A DNA stretch of 47,562 nucleotides from an uncultured Saprospiraceae bacterium. Its GTDB lineage: Bacteria; Bacteroidota; Bacteroidia; Chitinophagales; Saprospiraceae. The stretch covers positions 13,632 through 61,193 of the forward strand of contig CAYNIG010000001.1 in NCBI GenBank assembly GCA_964396995.1, in the 5' to 3' direction. Made by a program: the position numbers and the translations under genes. Under the pieces are notes generated by a model, which was not told the origin of the DNA, did no database searches, and was given only the letters and a program-made list of their open reading frames with translations. This document shows positions 36,324 to 46,900 of this stretch, piece after piece (positions within the stretch are counted from its first letter, which is position 1; each line of letters starts with the position of its first letter).

Positions 36324-36575
36324 GTATACCGCAGTATTATCCAAAAAAAGCAAAGAAACAATTAGATAAACTTACGGATGATCTTGCCCAACCGCTAATT
36401 TGATGCCATAAGTAGACTTGAAGAAAACCCACGACCAGTAGGCTTTAAAAAATTAAAAGGCAGAGATGGTTACAGAATCAGAACGGGTGATTACCGCATC
36501 ATATACGATATTTATTAATACGAACTTAACATTGATGTTATAGTCCTTGGACACAGAAAAGATATTTATGAGTAA
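36316..36575 (+). pseudogene. RelE/ParE-family toxin inactivated by two frameshifts and an in-frame stop
   Basis: Hand translation in three frames: MPKYTAVLSKKSKETIR* / ..AKKQLDKLTDDLAQPLI* / FDAISRLEENPRPVGFKKLKGRDGYRIRTGDYRIIYDIY*YELNIDVIVLGHRKDIYE*. The first shift lies in an A7 run at about 36342-36348. Confidence 0.75.
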
Positions 36576-36694
36576 TGCTGCTTCCAAAATGGCGCAGCAC
36601 CTTGGAACAACTCTCTTCTGCCTTATGGAGGATACCAAACACGATCTGGATAAAAGAATTATCTAACGAATCCAAGAAATATCACTAAGAACAA

Positions 36695-37010
36695 AAGGTA
36701 ACCTCGCTTTTGTAACCATGATTTAAAAAAGCGAGGTTCCCTCATGGCTTTAGCGAGGTAAGACTCGCCACAGGTTAGCTTGAGGGGGTATTACCAATCT
36801 GCAATGAGTGAGTTATGTCTAGCCATATTTTTATCTCTGTGCTGATCAATCCTTTTAGCCCAAGGCGAAAGGTCGAGTGTGTCTCGCAATTTTTTAACCC
36901 TCTGCTGATCCGTCCTTTAGCCAACCTCGTAGCGAGTCTACCTCGCTAAGGCGAAAGCTAACCTCGCTGTTTAAACCATCATTAGAAAAAGCGAGGTTGC
37001 CTCATGGCTT
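36695..37010. repeat. structured REP/MITE-like repeat complex, copy B (right flank of the TA islet), internally duplicated
   Basis: Contains the copy-A core plus a second diverged core. It is bounded by two copies of a hairpin module (aacctcgct...agcgaggtt(c/g)cctcatggctt at 36697-36750 and 36956-37010). Several gcgag/ctcgc stems. Confidence 0.75.
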
Positions 37011-37431
37011 ATATTATTTCATCCAGCCTTATTGATTTTATATCCGGTGCCACATACATTGCCCTTGCCATGCCGGACATAAGCAAGTCTTGAGAGTAAA
37101 AATCAAAAGCAATATCTCTTCGGTTGTATGCAGATTCTAAAAATAAATTACACATTTGATCGTAACCAAGAGCCGTATGTTTTTCTACAAACAAAGACAG
37201 GAGTTTCCACCAAAAAACGGTAATCGTTTCATGATAGCCATTGGTCCCGTTGTTTTCACCACCAACACTGAGATTATAACTGATGATGCCCGATCTTATC
37301 TTGCAAAGCGCATCGTAAGGATCTGAATTCATGATAAACCATATCGCAGTAGTGAGGTGAGCCTGGTGTGTCCAGTTCTCTTTGGGCAATGAATGATGGC
37401 GAAAACCATCCACTATATCTATAAAACTCAA
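37009..37431 (-). CDS. hypothetical protein (140 aa)
   Basis: Clean ORF with no recognisable motif. Codon usage resembles its neighbours. Confidence 0.45.
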   Translation of the reverse strand: MSFIDIVDGFRHHSLPKENWTHQAHLTTAIWFIMNSDPYDALCKIRSGIISYNLSVGGENNGTNGYHETITVFWWKLLSLFVEKHTALGYDQMCNLFLESAYNRRDIAFDFYSQDLLMSGMARAMYVAPDIKSIRLDEII

Positions 37432-37473
37432 GTTAAATATCCGGTTTAATTTAAACTATTCCCCATATCGGGA

Positions 37474-38835
37474 TCAGATATTAAATGGTTTGCGTTGAGG
37501 TCTTGAAAGCATGGCACTGGCCTGTGGATCATTGATAAATTCTTCATTATCCGGATTCCATTTTATTTTGCGATCGAGTTTCATTGCGATATGATGCAAC
37601 AGGCAGGCGCTGCAGGATCGATGGGCTTCTTCTACAGGAGCAATTGGATTTTTATTGTCGCGAATACTTTCAAGCCAGTTGCGGTGGTGATCAGCACTGA
37701 CTATAAATTTAAATTCATTATCCCCGATTTTGGAAGTTAGTAGTTTGGGATCAGAAGCATCGAGTGGTTTCGTACCATCACTATTTACCGGATCGGAATC
37801 AGTGGCCCTGTATGCTCCCCGGGTCACCCATATCCATCCATCTGTCCCTACAAATTTTACCCCATTAGGCAATTCGTTACTTACAATCATCTTCACCCCA
37901 TTGGCATACAAAGCTTCTGTCTTAAATATACCATGCACATCCCATAGTCCGGAGGTAGGAAATTCAGCATGTCCCCATATTTCTATAGGACCGGTGAGTT
38001 CGGTACCCATGCCCCAGTGAGCACTGTCAATATGATGAGCACCCCATCCGGTAATCATACCGGCACCAAATTGTTCGCACCTCAACCATCCCGGTCTATC
38101 GTAACCTACCTGTGGATGCACTCTGTTTTCAGTGTAATATACTTCCGGAGTACTTCCGAGCCAGGTATTGTATTGCAGATTTTTAGGAATTGGCATTTCT
38201 TTTTCTTCAGGTCCCGATGGATCTCCCGGTAATCCCACATACACTTCCTGCAATTTGCCGATTCGCCCGTTTCTTACCAGTTCAGCAGCATATCTAAACT
38301 GTGTACTTGATCTTTGCTGACTGCCGATCTGAAATTTGATTTTTCTTTTTTTCACTACATCGGCCATTTTGCGACCTTCAGTGATAGTAAGCGAAGCTGG
38401 TTTTTGCAAATAAATATGTTTATGGGCATTAGCCGCATCTACGGCAATCTTCGCATGCCAGTGATCGGGTGTACTGATGACCACCGCATCTATATCTTTG
38501 TTTTTTAATAACTCTTCATAATTGTGGTATACCGTTACACCGTCGAAATCTTTTCCATTGCGTTTGGAATAGAATGCATTTACCAGTTTTTTAGCATCCT
38601 CTGCCCGTTTGCTATCCAGATCACATACAGCCATGATTTGAGCAAAATCATTTTTCCATATACCGGGCATATCGTGGGTACGGGAGATTCGACCATTGCC
38701 AATGGCACCTATATTGATCCTGTTGCTTGGAGCATTTTTGCCAAATACGGATGAAGGCACTATGAAAGGAGCAGTCAATGCAATAGCGGATTGACTTGTT
38801 TTCTTTATGAAGTTTCTGCGATTTATGGATTTCAT
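37474..38835 (-). CDS. Gfo/Idh/MocA-family oxidoreductase with twin-arginine signal
   Basis: MKSINRRNFIKKTSQSAIALTAP (Tat motif). Rossmann start INIGAIGNGRISR. EKP-like LQKP motif. ATG at 38835 is preferred over the upstream TTG. Confidence 0.85.
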   Translation of the reverse strand: MKSINRRNFIKKTSQSAIALTAPFIVPSSVFGKNAPSNRINIGAIGNGRISRTHDMPGIWKNDFAQIMAVCDLDSKRAEDAKKLVNAFYSKRNGKDFDGVTVYHNYEELLKNKDIDAVVISTPDHWHAKIAVDAANAHKHIYLQKPASLTITEGRKMADVVKKRKIKFQIGSQQRSSTQFRYAAELVRNGRIGKLQEVYVGLPGDPSGPEEKEMPIPKNLQYNTWLGSTPEVYYTENRVHPQVGYDRPGWLRCEQFGAGMITGWGAHHIDSAHWGMGTELTGPIEIWGHAEFPTSGLWDVHGIFKTEALYANGVKMIVSNELPNGVKFVGTDGWIWVTRGAYRATDSDPVNSDGTKPLDASDPKLLTSKIGDNEFKFIVSADHHRNWLESIRDNKNPIAPVEEAHRSCSACLLHHIAMKLDRKIKWNPDNEEFINDPQASAMLSRPQRKPFNI

Positions 38836-38936
38836 GAGATAATAATACAAAATTATAGAATTTATACTGTCACGGAAATATTAAAAAAATATCTCCATCC
38901 CTATATTCGTTATATTTACTTGTAGTTAGTCTGTCT

Positions 38937-40595
38937 ATGAAAAAATCAATTTTAGTTTTAGTATGGAGCCTGGTATTCCAATTTTCATCAGCTCAATCCT
39001 ATACCAATCCCATCTTATCGGGTTTTTATCCTGATCCAAGCATATGTAAAAAGGGAGATGATTATTATATCGTCACTTCCAGTTTTGCCTATTTTCCCGG
39101 GTTGCCCATATTTCATAGTAAAGACCTGGTGAGTTGGCATCAGATTGGTTATGCAATGAATCGCAAAGAGCAGCTGGATCTGACCGGAGCCGGTGTATCA
39201 AGAGGTTTATTTGCACCCACTATACGGTATTATAATAATAAGTTTTATATCGTGTGCACGCACGTAGACAAAGGAGGAAATTTTATAATCAGTGCAGATG
39301 ATGCCAGAGGCCCATGGACCAATCCGGTATTCATACCCGAAGTAAATGGCATTGATCCATCTCTGTATGTAGATGATGATGGCCGTGCATTCATTACCTA
39401 TAATAGTATTCCACCCGATAATAAATCTCTCTACAATGGGCACCGTACTATACGAATGTATGAATTTGATCTCACCACTCTTAAAGTAACCGGAAGTGAA
39501 AAACTATTGATCAACGGCGGCGTAGATATCAGTAAAAACCCAATCTGGATAGAAGCACCCCATATTTTAAAAAAAGAGGGCTGGTATTATCTCTATTGTG
39601 CAGAAGGAGGTACCGGATACAATCACAGTGAGGTAGTATTCAGAAGTAAATCGATTGACGGTCCCTATATTCCATATGATAAAAACCCTATACTTACCCA
39701 GCGACACCTGGATAAATCGCGGCCCAATCCGATCACCACTACAGGTCATGCCGATTTTATTGAGACCAATGAAGGCGAATGGTATGCTATATTCCTCGGT
39801 TGCCGACCCTATGAAGACGATCATTACAATACGGGGCGTGAAACCTTTATGACTCCACTAAAATGGGTGGATGGCTGGCCCGTAATCAATCCGGATCATG
39901 CAGAAGTGCAATATGCATATCCCTACCCTAAGGTGAATCAGAATACCACCTTCACTACCCGCATAAATGAATTTGCTTCCAATCAAAAATTCTTCGACCA
40001 TTTTGATGATACGATATTAAACAACCGATATACTTTTCTGCGCACACCATTAAAAAAATGGTACACCATAAAAAGGAGTATGCTGGATATGGAATTATTA
40101 CCTGACTCAATACAGGGAAAAACCAATGTCGCCATGGTAGCTGACCGCCAAAACAATATGAAGGGTATAGTAAGTACACGCATGTTGTTTCAAACCTTAC
40201 AGGAAAATGAAAAAGCGGGACTCATCGTATTTCAAAATGAAAACCATTATTACTATATGTGCAAATCGGCTAAGAATGGCAGGCCTGTGGTAGAACTGTA
40301 CAAAGGTCCGGGTAAAAACACTATAAATGCAGGTCCGGTGTTATTAAATTCCATTCCATTAAAGAAAAAAAACAGCGCCATCTTATTTAAAATCACGGTG
40401 GATGAAAAAGGATATTCTTTTTATTATGCTCATAAAAAGAATAACTGGTTATTATTAAGATCCTCTATGGACAGGCGATTTTTAAGTACTGCCACCGCCG
40501 GAGGATTTGTGGGTTGTATGTATGGTATGTATGCCACATCAAGCGGAAAACCTTCGGTGAATACAGTACGGTATGATTGGTTTGAGAAAGAATAA
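38937..40595 (+). CDS. glycoside hydrolase family 43 (beta-xylosidase/alpha-L-arabinofuranosidase) with C-terminal beta-sandwich domain
   Basis: Signal peptide, then NPILSGFYPDPSICKKGDDYYIVTSSF, then ...WIEAPHILKKEGWYYLYCAEGG, the hallmark GH43 catalytic motifs. Confidence 0.9.
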   Translation: MKKSILVLVWSLVFQFSSAQSYTNPILSGFYPDPSICKKGDDYYIVTSSFAYFPGLPIFHSKDLVSWHQIGYAMNRKEQLDLTGAGVSRGLFAPTIRYYNNKFYIVCTHVDKGGNFIISADDARGPWTNPVFIPEVNGIDPSLYVDDDGRAFITYNSIPPDNKSLYNGHRTIRMYEFDLTTLKVTGSEKLLINGGVDISKNPIWIEAPHILKKEGWYYLYCAEGGTGYNHSEVVFRSKSIDGPYIPYDKNPILTQRHLDKSRPNPITTTGHADFIETNEGEWYAIFLGCRPYEDDHYNTGRETFMTPLKWVDGWPVINPDHAEVQYAYPYPKVNQNTTFTTRINEFASNQKFFDHFDDTILNNRYTFLRTPLKKWYTIKRSMLDMELLPDSIQGKTNVAMVADRQNNMKGIVSTRMLFQTLQENEKAGLIVFQNENHYYYMCKSAKNGRPVVELYKGPGKNTINAGPVLLNSIPLKKKNSAILFKITVDEKGYSFYYAHKKNNWLLLRSSMDRRFLSTATAGGFVGCMYGMYATSSGKPSVNTVRYDWFEKE

Positions 40596-40600
40596 CCATT

Positions 40601-41336
40601 ATAAGCTTCAAACAAACTGTAGCTTCACTAAATAAGAATTTCGGCAGTATAAAACACATAGGCAAAATAGTTTATACAAGGCATCACATAGGGAATTTTT
40701 CTATGTGATGCCTTACCCATCCTATGATCCTATGTGTTTGAAACAGATGAAGACAGCGAAGCTGGCCGAATAATTATCATTTATTCTATACATTATTTTC
40801 AAGATTTATCCAATTCAATTCCCTCTTGGATCAGTAACCGACCCAGTAAACATAAAGCTTCAAACAACCTGAAGCTTCACCAAATAAGAATTTCGGCAGT
40901 ATAAAACACATAGGCAAAATAGTTTATACAAGGCATCACATAGGGAATTTTTCTATGTGATGCCTTACCCATCCTATGATCCTATGTGTTTGAAACAGAT
41001 GAAGACAGCGAAGCTGGCCGAATAATTATCATTTATTCTATACATTATTTTCAAGATTTATCCAATTCAATTCCCTCTTGGATCAGTAACCGACCCAGTA
41101 AACATAAAGCTTCAAACAACCTGAAGCTTCACCAAATAAGAATTTCGGCAGAATAAACACATAGGCAAAATAGTTTATACAAGGCATCATATATGGAATT
41201 TTTCTATGTGATGCCTTACCCATCCTATGATCCTATGTGATTGAAACAGATGATGACAGCGAAGCTGGCCGAATAATTATTTTTATTCTATACATTATTT
41301 CCAAGATTTATCCAATTCAATTCCCTCCTGGATCAG
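40601..41336. repeat. 251/252-bp tandem direct repeat, about 2.9 units (starts 40601, 40852, 41104); the last unit contains the true 3' end of 41295..41699
   Basis: Direct reading. Units 1 and 2 are almost identical and unit 3 carries several substitutions. Homology ends at ggatcag (41336). Confidence 0.9.
40678..40714. terminator. 14-bp perfect stem hairpin (aaggcatcacatag / ctatgtgatgcctt, 9-nt loop) between convergent genes; repeated in each tandem unit
   Basis: Read directly. A second copy lies at 40930-40966. The third copy (about 41180-41217) has stem mismatches. No strong U-tract. Confidence 0.4.
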
Positions 41337-41699
41337 TTTTTTTATCGCTTTTTCATTTATCTCATCCACGCGATGAATTACTTTATAAAAAATCTGTTTA
41401 TTTTCCCCTTTTATCAGGTAGTTCTGTAAGCTTGATAGTCGGTTTCCGTACCACATACCAAATAATACTCCGAATTTTATACCTCCCCTGGGTATGGTAG
41501 CAGGCCATATAATTGCAATTCCTTTTTTATTGAAAAAATAAGGTACTTGAAATGATATTTTTTCTCTAAGGTATCCATGCGAAGCGTCCAATACAATTCC
41601 TCTTACTATATCGGTGATGATCAATTGATCTTCCGGTAATAGGGCATACAATTGATCTACTGTTTTTACTTTGGCTATTTCTTGTTGGACTCGTTTCAT
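41295..41699 (-). CDS. DUF1801 (YdhG-like) domain protein
   Basis: 134 aa. The ...LPEDQLIITDIVRGIVLDA...ISFQVPYFF...GVLFGMWYG.RL pattern is reminiscent of DUF1801. Motif-level call only. Confidence 0.5.
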   Translation of the reverse strand: MKRVQQEIAKVKTVDQLYALLPEDQLIITDIVRGIVLDASHGYLREKISFQVPYFFNKKGIAIIWPATIPRGGIKFGVLFGMWYGNRLSSLQNYLIKGENKQIFYKVIHRVDEINEKAIKKLIQEGIELDKSWK

Positions 41700-41736
41700 T
41701 CGTATTTTTCGTGATAATGGGTATGGTCACAAACAT

Positions 41737-43563
41737 TTATAATAAATTCAAATCCTTTCGCCACATATTTACCCTTAATCCGGCTCCTATGTATTTCGTC
41801 ACATCTTTGGGGTTATTTCGATCTTTGCGATAATATGCATTTACATCCAAAAAATAATTATGAAATAACTGGTAACTGAATGTACCACCCAGGTGAATGA
41901 TTTTTCTTTTATCCCCTTGCAGGGTCTTAATTCCAAAATCGGATATTCTTGAATTATACGATTTAAAAATATTGGAACCATAATTGGTATTGGCTGCCGG
42001 GTCATCACCGAAGCTGTATATCATAGCATATGCCGACGCAGACCATTTTACAACAGGCTGATATCGTAATCTTAAAATAGTTTCTTTAAAATTAGCGCCG
42101 AGCGGATGAGCCAGCGGAGTACCATGATGTGCATAATTGCCAATGCTGTCGAAATGGGCATAGGTATAAGGTTTTGCAGTATTGTATTCAGCTTGCAGAT
42201 CCAGTCTGTTTATACCCAGGGCATTGTAGTATTTTACCCCTGCCTGGAAACCAAATTTATTTCCCCAGTAGCCATTTGATTTAAATACTTCTTTAAACAG
42301 GAATTCGTCAATCAGGATCTGACCGTAAACAGAAACTATCCTTTTAATATCATAGCGGGTATTGATACCCAGCATTACATTGTCAGGGCTTCCAATCGAG
42401 CCCTCTATCGAACGGTAGATGATCACCGGATTGAGGTATTGAAATTCAAAATGATCTTTTCGATGAAACACTACCGATTCGAATATACCTACATTCCATT
42501 TGGGAAATAGTTGTGCCTGCAAGGTATGCGTAGCCATGTATTTTTTGGGAGTCAGCTGATTGCCCTGTAGCGATGAAGAGGAATAACTGTCTGCATTTAA
42601 TTCGGCAAACAGGCTCTGGTAATGAAACTTCCATACCCGTGCATTTAATTTTAAAAACAAATATTCATTAGCATAGTCCGACAAAAAAACGGACCGCATA
42701 CCATCACCGATTAAATTAGTGCCATGCCCAAATTGAACATGAAAATGATTGCTTACTTTAAATCCGATCTGCGCATTGCTCAGAAAATAATCATAGCCTA
42801 TGGGTTTTAATATCGAGCTTTTGCTTAATAATTTAAAAAAGCCCGCACCGGGTACAGCATTAAATTTATTTATTTTATCCCTGAAAAAAGAAGGATATGT
42901 AAACTGGTTTTCAATGATACTGGTCTGGGCGTATATTTTATCATCTAAACCCACTCGAAGATCGGCACCACGCTGGTTGGATATGATATTTTCACTATTG
43001 TCCAATTCTCTTCCATATTGAATATTGACCATAGGATTTAATCTCAGATAAAAATCCTTTTGATTTACAGCGAGTAAGTGAGCGGGTGTAGTATAAAAAT
43101 AGCGTAAAAGAGATTTGGCTGATTGAGTGTATTGAATTGGATTGGTGATGGAGTTTTGTCTCAATTGATAAAAATTACTATCCTTCATTTGTGGGGCAGA
43201 GTGTGATTGAATGTATTTCCATACCCATTCATTATTTTCATTGCACAGATATTGGATAAAACTTTTATCCCGGGACTGCAGGAATCCCAGGCTATCCCAA
43301 TACTGTATGAGGTCTATCGCATCTTTGCGCATATACGGTTTAATACTTCGCTGAAAATGGGGCGGATGACCATACTCTATGCACATACGTTCCAGGTAAT
43401 ATTCCTGATCTGATCCCATAGGAATTATAGTACTCTGAGCGTAACCAACAGAACAAATCAATAAAAAGGAGAAGTATATGTATATCCTTGAAATGAATCC
43501 AATAGTGTCCTTGATATTCAAAATAATTTTTTGTAAAGATAGGAAGGTTTGCCAAGCAACCAC
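41737..43563 (-). CDS. outer-membrane beta-barrel protein, possibly capsule-assembly Wzi family
   Basis: Signal-like segment FSFLLICSVGYAQS. N-terminal YYLERMCIEYG helix motif. Alternating-strand C-terminal two thirds with an aromatic-rich end. GTG start in the ORF track. Confidence 0.45.
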   Translation of the reverse strand: MVAWQTFLSLQKIILNIKDTIGFISRIYIYFSFLLICSVGYAQSTIIPMGSDQEYYLERMCIEYGHPPHFQRSIKPYMRKDAIDLIQYWDSLGFLQSRDKSFIQYLCNENNEWVWKYIQSHSAPQMKDSNFYQLRQNSITNPIQYTQSAKSLLRYFYTTPAHLLAVNQKDFYLRLNPMVNIQYGRELDNSENIISNQRGADLRVGLDDKIYAQTSIIENQFTYPSFFRDKINKFNAVPGAGFFKLLSKSSILKPIGYDYFLSNAQIGFKVSNHFHVQFGHGTNLIGDGMRSVFLSDYANEYLFLKLNARVWKFHYQSLFAELNADSYSSSSLQGNQLTPKKYMATHTLQAQLFPKWNVGIFESVVFHRKDHFEFQYLNPVIIYRSIEGSIGSPDNVMLGINTRYDIKRIVSVYGQILIDEFLFKEVFKSNGYWGNKFGFQAGVKYYNALGINRLDLQAEYNTAKPYTYAHFDSIGNYAHHGTPLAHPLGANFKETILRLRYQPVVKWSASAYAMIYSFGDDPAANTNYGSNIFKSYNSRISDFGIKTLQGDKRKIIHLGGTFSYQLFHNYFLDVNAYYRKDRNNPKDVTKYIGAGLRVNMWRKDLNLL

Positions 43564-43923
43564 TGAACAATCTTGAGGTTATCTCTAAAAACCCGTTCAA
43601 GAATGGAATCATAAAATTAAAAAATTTTAGTAATGATGAAAACAAATTTATACTTCGTTGAAATTCAGTCAAAGAGACGCCCGGCTCGGCTCCTTCATCT
43701 CGCTTCTTCTAAATTTGTTTGGATCATTTTCTATCCATTTCAGGGTATTTAGAAATAATCTTAATTTAATATTGGAAAATAATTATATTCCATTTCATTT
43801 AATACTTGGCAGTGTAATTCACCGGTATGATTTTCCAAAGCGACCCTGAAGTGTCCTTGGAGATTTACTTTAATTACCCAAAATGAATTACATTAGTTGC
43901 CTTATTCCTAATCGAAATCAAAT

Positions 43924-46900
43924 ATGAAAAAACGGCTGCTCTTTATTTTTTTATTTCTTATTATTCATAGCCTTTCTTATACTCAAAAAGACAGCGCTAT
44001 CCTACCTTCTGCTTTTTACGATAAACTCAAATGGCGTAATATCGGTCCGCAGCGAGGAGGCAGATCACTGGGATGTACCGGTACGCCAGGCAGGCCATTG
44101 GAATATTATTTCGGAGCCACCGGGGGTGGACTGTGGAAGACTACGGATGGCGGACAAACCTGGGCTGCAGTCACAGATGGTCAGGTAACCAGCTCCTCTG
44201 TGGGGGCAGTCGCTGTAGCTGAAACCAATCCCGACATAGTATATATAGGTATGGGGGAAACCCAGTTGCGCGGGTCTATCACCCAGGGCGATGGTGTGTA
44301 TAAATCAAGTGATGGTGGAAAAACGTGGCGACACCTGGGACTAAAAGAGACTCAGGCGATATCCAGAGTACGGGTGCACCCCACCAATCCCGATATAGTA
44401 TATGTATCTGCACTGGGTCATCCGTATGGAGACAACGAAGAGCGGGGAGTATTTCGCAGTACCGATGGTGGTAATACCTGGAAAAAAATATTATATGTTG
44501 ATAACAAAACCGGTGCGGCAGATTTGGTAATAGACCGGCAAAATCCGCGCATCATCTATGCTACCACCTGGCAGGTCTATCGCAAAGCGTGGAAAATGTG
44601 GGGTGGCGGGCCCGGATGCAAACTCTGGAAATCTCTGGACGGCGGAGATACCTGGATAGACCTTAGTAAAAATACCGGTATGCCTGCAGAGCCCCTGGGT
44701 AAAATAGGTATCACGGTATCGCCCGCAGATAATAATCGGTTATATGCCGTAGTAGAAGCCAATGAAGGCGGAGTGTTCCGATCAGATGATGGCGGCTGGA
44801 CATGGAAAAGAGTAAATGAAGAACGCAAACTGAGACAACGGGCATTTTATTATTCCAGGTTGGTCGCTGATCCGTTTGATAAGAATACAGTATATGGATT
44901 AAATGTTGATTTTTTCAAATCTACCGATGGAGGGCTTACATTTAAAAATATAAGTACCGTGCATGGCGATCATCACGATCTGTGGATAGATCCCAATAAT
45001 CCGCAGCGAATGATTTTATCTGATGATGGCGGTGCTGTAGTAAGTACTAATGGTGGTAAGACCTGGACAGAGCAGGATTATATCACTACCCAATTATACC
45101 ATGTAATGACTACTTCTGATGTGCCGTATCATGTGGCCGGTGCACAACAAGACAATTCTACTGTAGCGGTACCCAGTGAAGGCTGGCGAAATATGCAAGC
45201 TGGTGGCCCAGGTCATGGATGGTATTATTCAGTAGGTGGTGGAGAAAGTGGCTGGATTACCCAACATCCCGTAAACAAAGATATTTTTTATGCAGGCAGT
45301 CAGGGTGCTTTACTCACCAAATACGATCGCAGTAATGGCCAGATCAGGGATATCCAGGTTTATCCACGATTTTTTAGTGGCGAACCGGCATCCTCATTGC
45401 CCGAACGCTGGCAATGGACATACCCCATTATGTTTTCACCAAAGGATTCCAAAATAATGTATACCTGTTCACAACATTTATGGAAAACCACAGATGATGG
45501 TCAAAGCTGGGAAAAAATAAGTCCTGATCTCACCTATGCCGATCCGGAAACACTGGGTCCCACAGGTGGTATCATCACAAAAGATATGAATGGCCCGGAA
45601 ATCTACGCTACTATATTTGCATTAGCACCATCCAATCACGATGTGAATACGATATGGACCGGATCAGATGATGGTAAAGTACACATTACACGAGACGGAG
45701 GCAAAAACTGGTCAGATATCACTCCCCGGGAACTACCTAAGTTTTCAAGAATAGAAATTATCGATGAATCGAGATTTACACCAGGCACGGCTTACCTTGC
45801 GGCCAACCGATACCAGGTAGATGACAGAGAACCCTATGTATTTCGTACCCGTGACTATGGCAAGACCTGGACTAAAATCATTTCCGGTATATCCAGCGGG
45901 CATTTTGCACGGGCAGTAAGAGAAGATGTAATGAATAAAAATCTGTTATTCCTGGCTACCGAGCACGGAGTTTATTTTTCTGCCAATGAAGGAGATCGTT
46001 GGCAATCACTGCAATTTAATCTACCCAATACTCCTGTACGTGATCTCGTCGTAAAAGATAATGATGTAGTATTAGGCACTCACGGCCGGGGATTCTGGAT
46101 CATGGATGATATACACCCACTGCGACAGTGGTCGGTCAGCCAATCATTGAGTGAAATCAAATTATACAAACCGGCTGATGCCATCCGATCCGTATACAAT
46201 GCAGAGATTCAATATTATTTACCCAAAGAATTGGATACGGTATTTATTGATATACTCGATGAACGCGGTACTTTAATACAAACTTATACTGGCGCAAAAG
46301 CAGCAAAGAAAGAAGAAACCAATGAAGACGATTGGTTTGGTCCGCCACCGCCACCTGCTCCAGGTACTGCAGCAGGATTAAATAAGTTTAGCTGGAATCT
46401 ATTGTATCCGGGTGCTAAAGTATTTGATGGCATCATCATCTGGGGGGCTCAAATGACCCGTGGCCCAAAGGCTCCCATAGGCAAATACCAGGTAAGGCTT
46501 CGTGCCGATGGCAAATCATTTATTCAATCATTTGAAATTAAAATGAATCCCAATCTCAAAGGGGTCACCGAAGCCGATCTAAAATCTACTTTTGAGATGG
46601 CATCCCGAATCAGAGATAAAGAAACCGAGGCCAATGAAGCAGTGATATTAATACGGGATATGAAATCAAAACTCGAATCAGTCATGAAATCCAACCCGGA
46701 TGATATGTTCAAATCCAAATCAGAATCTTTTATTAAAAATATCACAGCTATAGAAGAGGAATTGTATCAAACTAAAAATCGCAGCAGCCAGGATCCACTT
46801 AATTTTCCAATAAAATTAAATAACAGAATTGCAGCATTGAGACGAAGCCTGGAGACCGGCGAAGGCAAACCAACTGCAGGCGTAGGCAAAGTATTTGATG

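Noticed and set aside
36453-36638. 61-aa minus-strand ORF
   Set aside because: It is antisense to the reconstructable RelE-like pseudogene and has no features of its own.
40601-41336. Possible CRISPR array, or coding sequence (track ORF 41237..41500 +)
   Set aside because: The period is 251/252 bp with whole-unit identity, so it is a tandem duplication. The plus-strand ORF is antisense to a well-supported gene and lies largely within repeat sequence.
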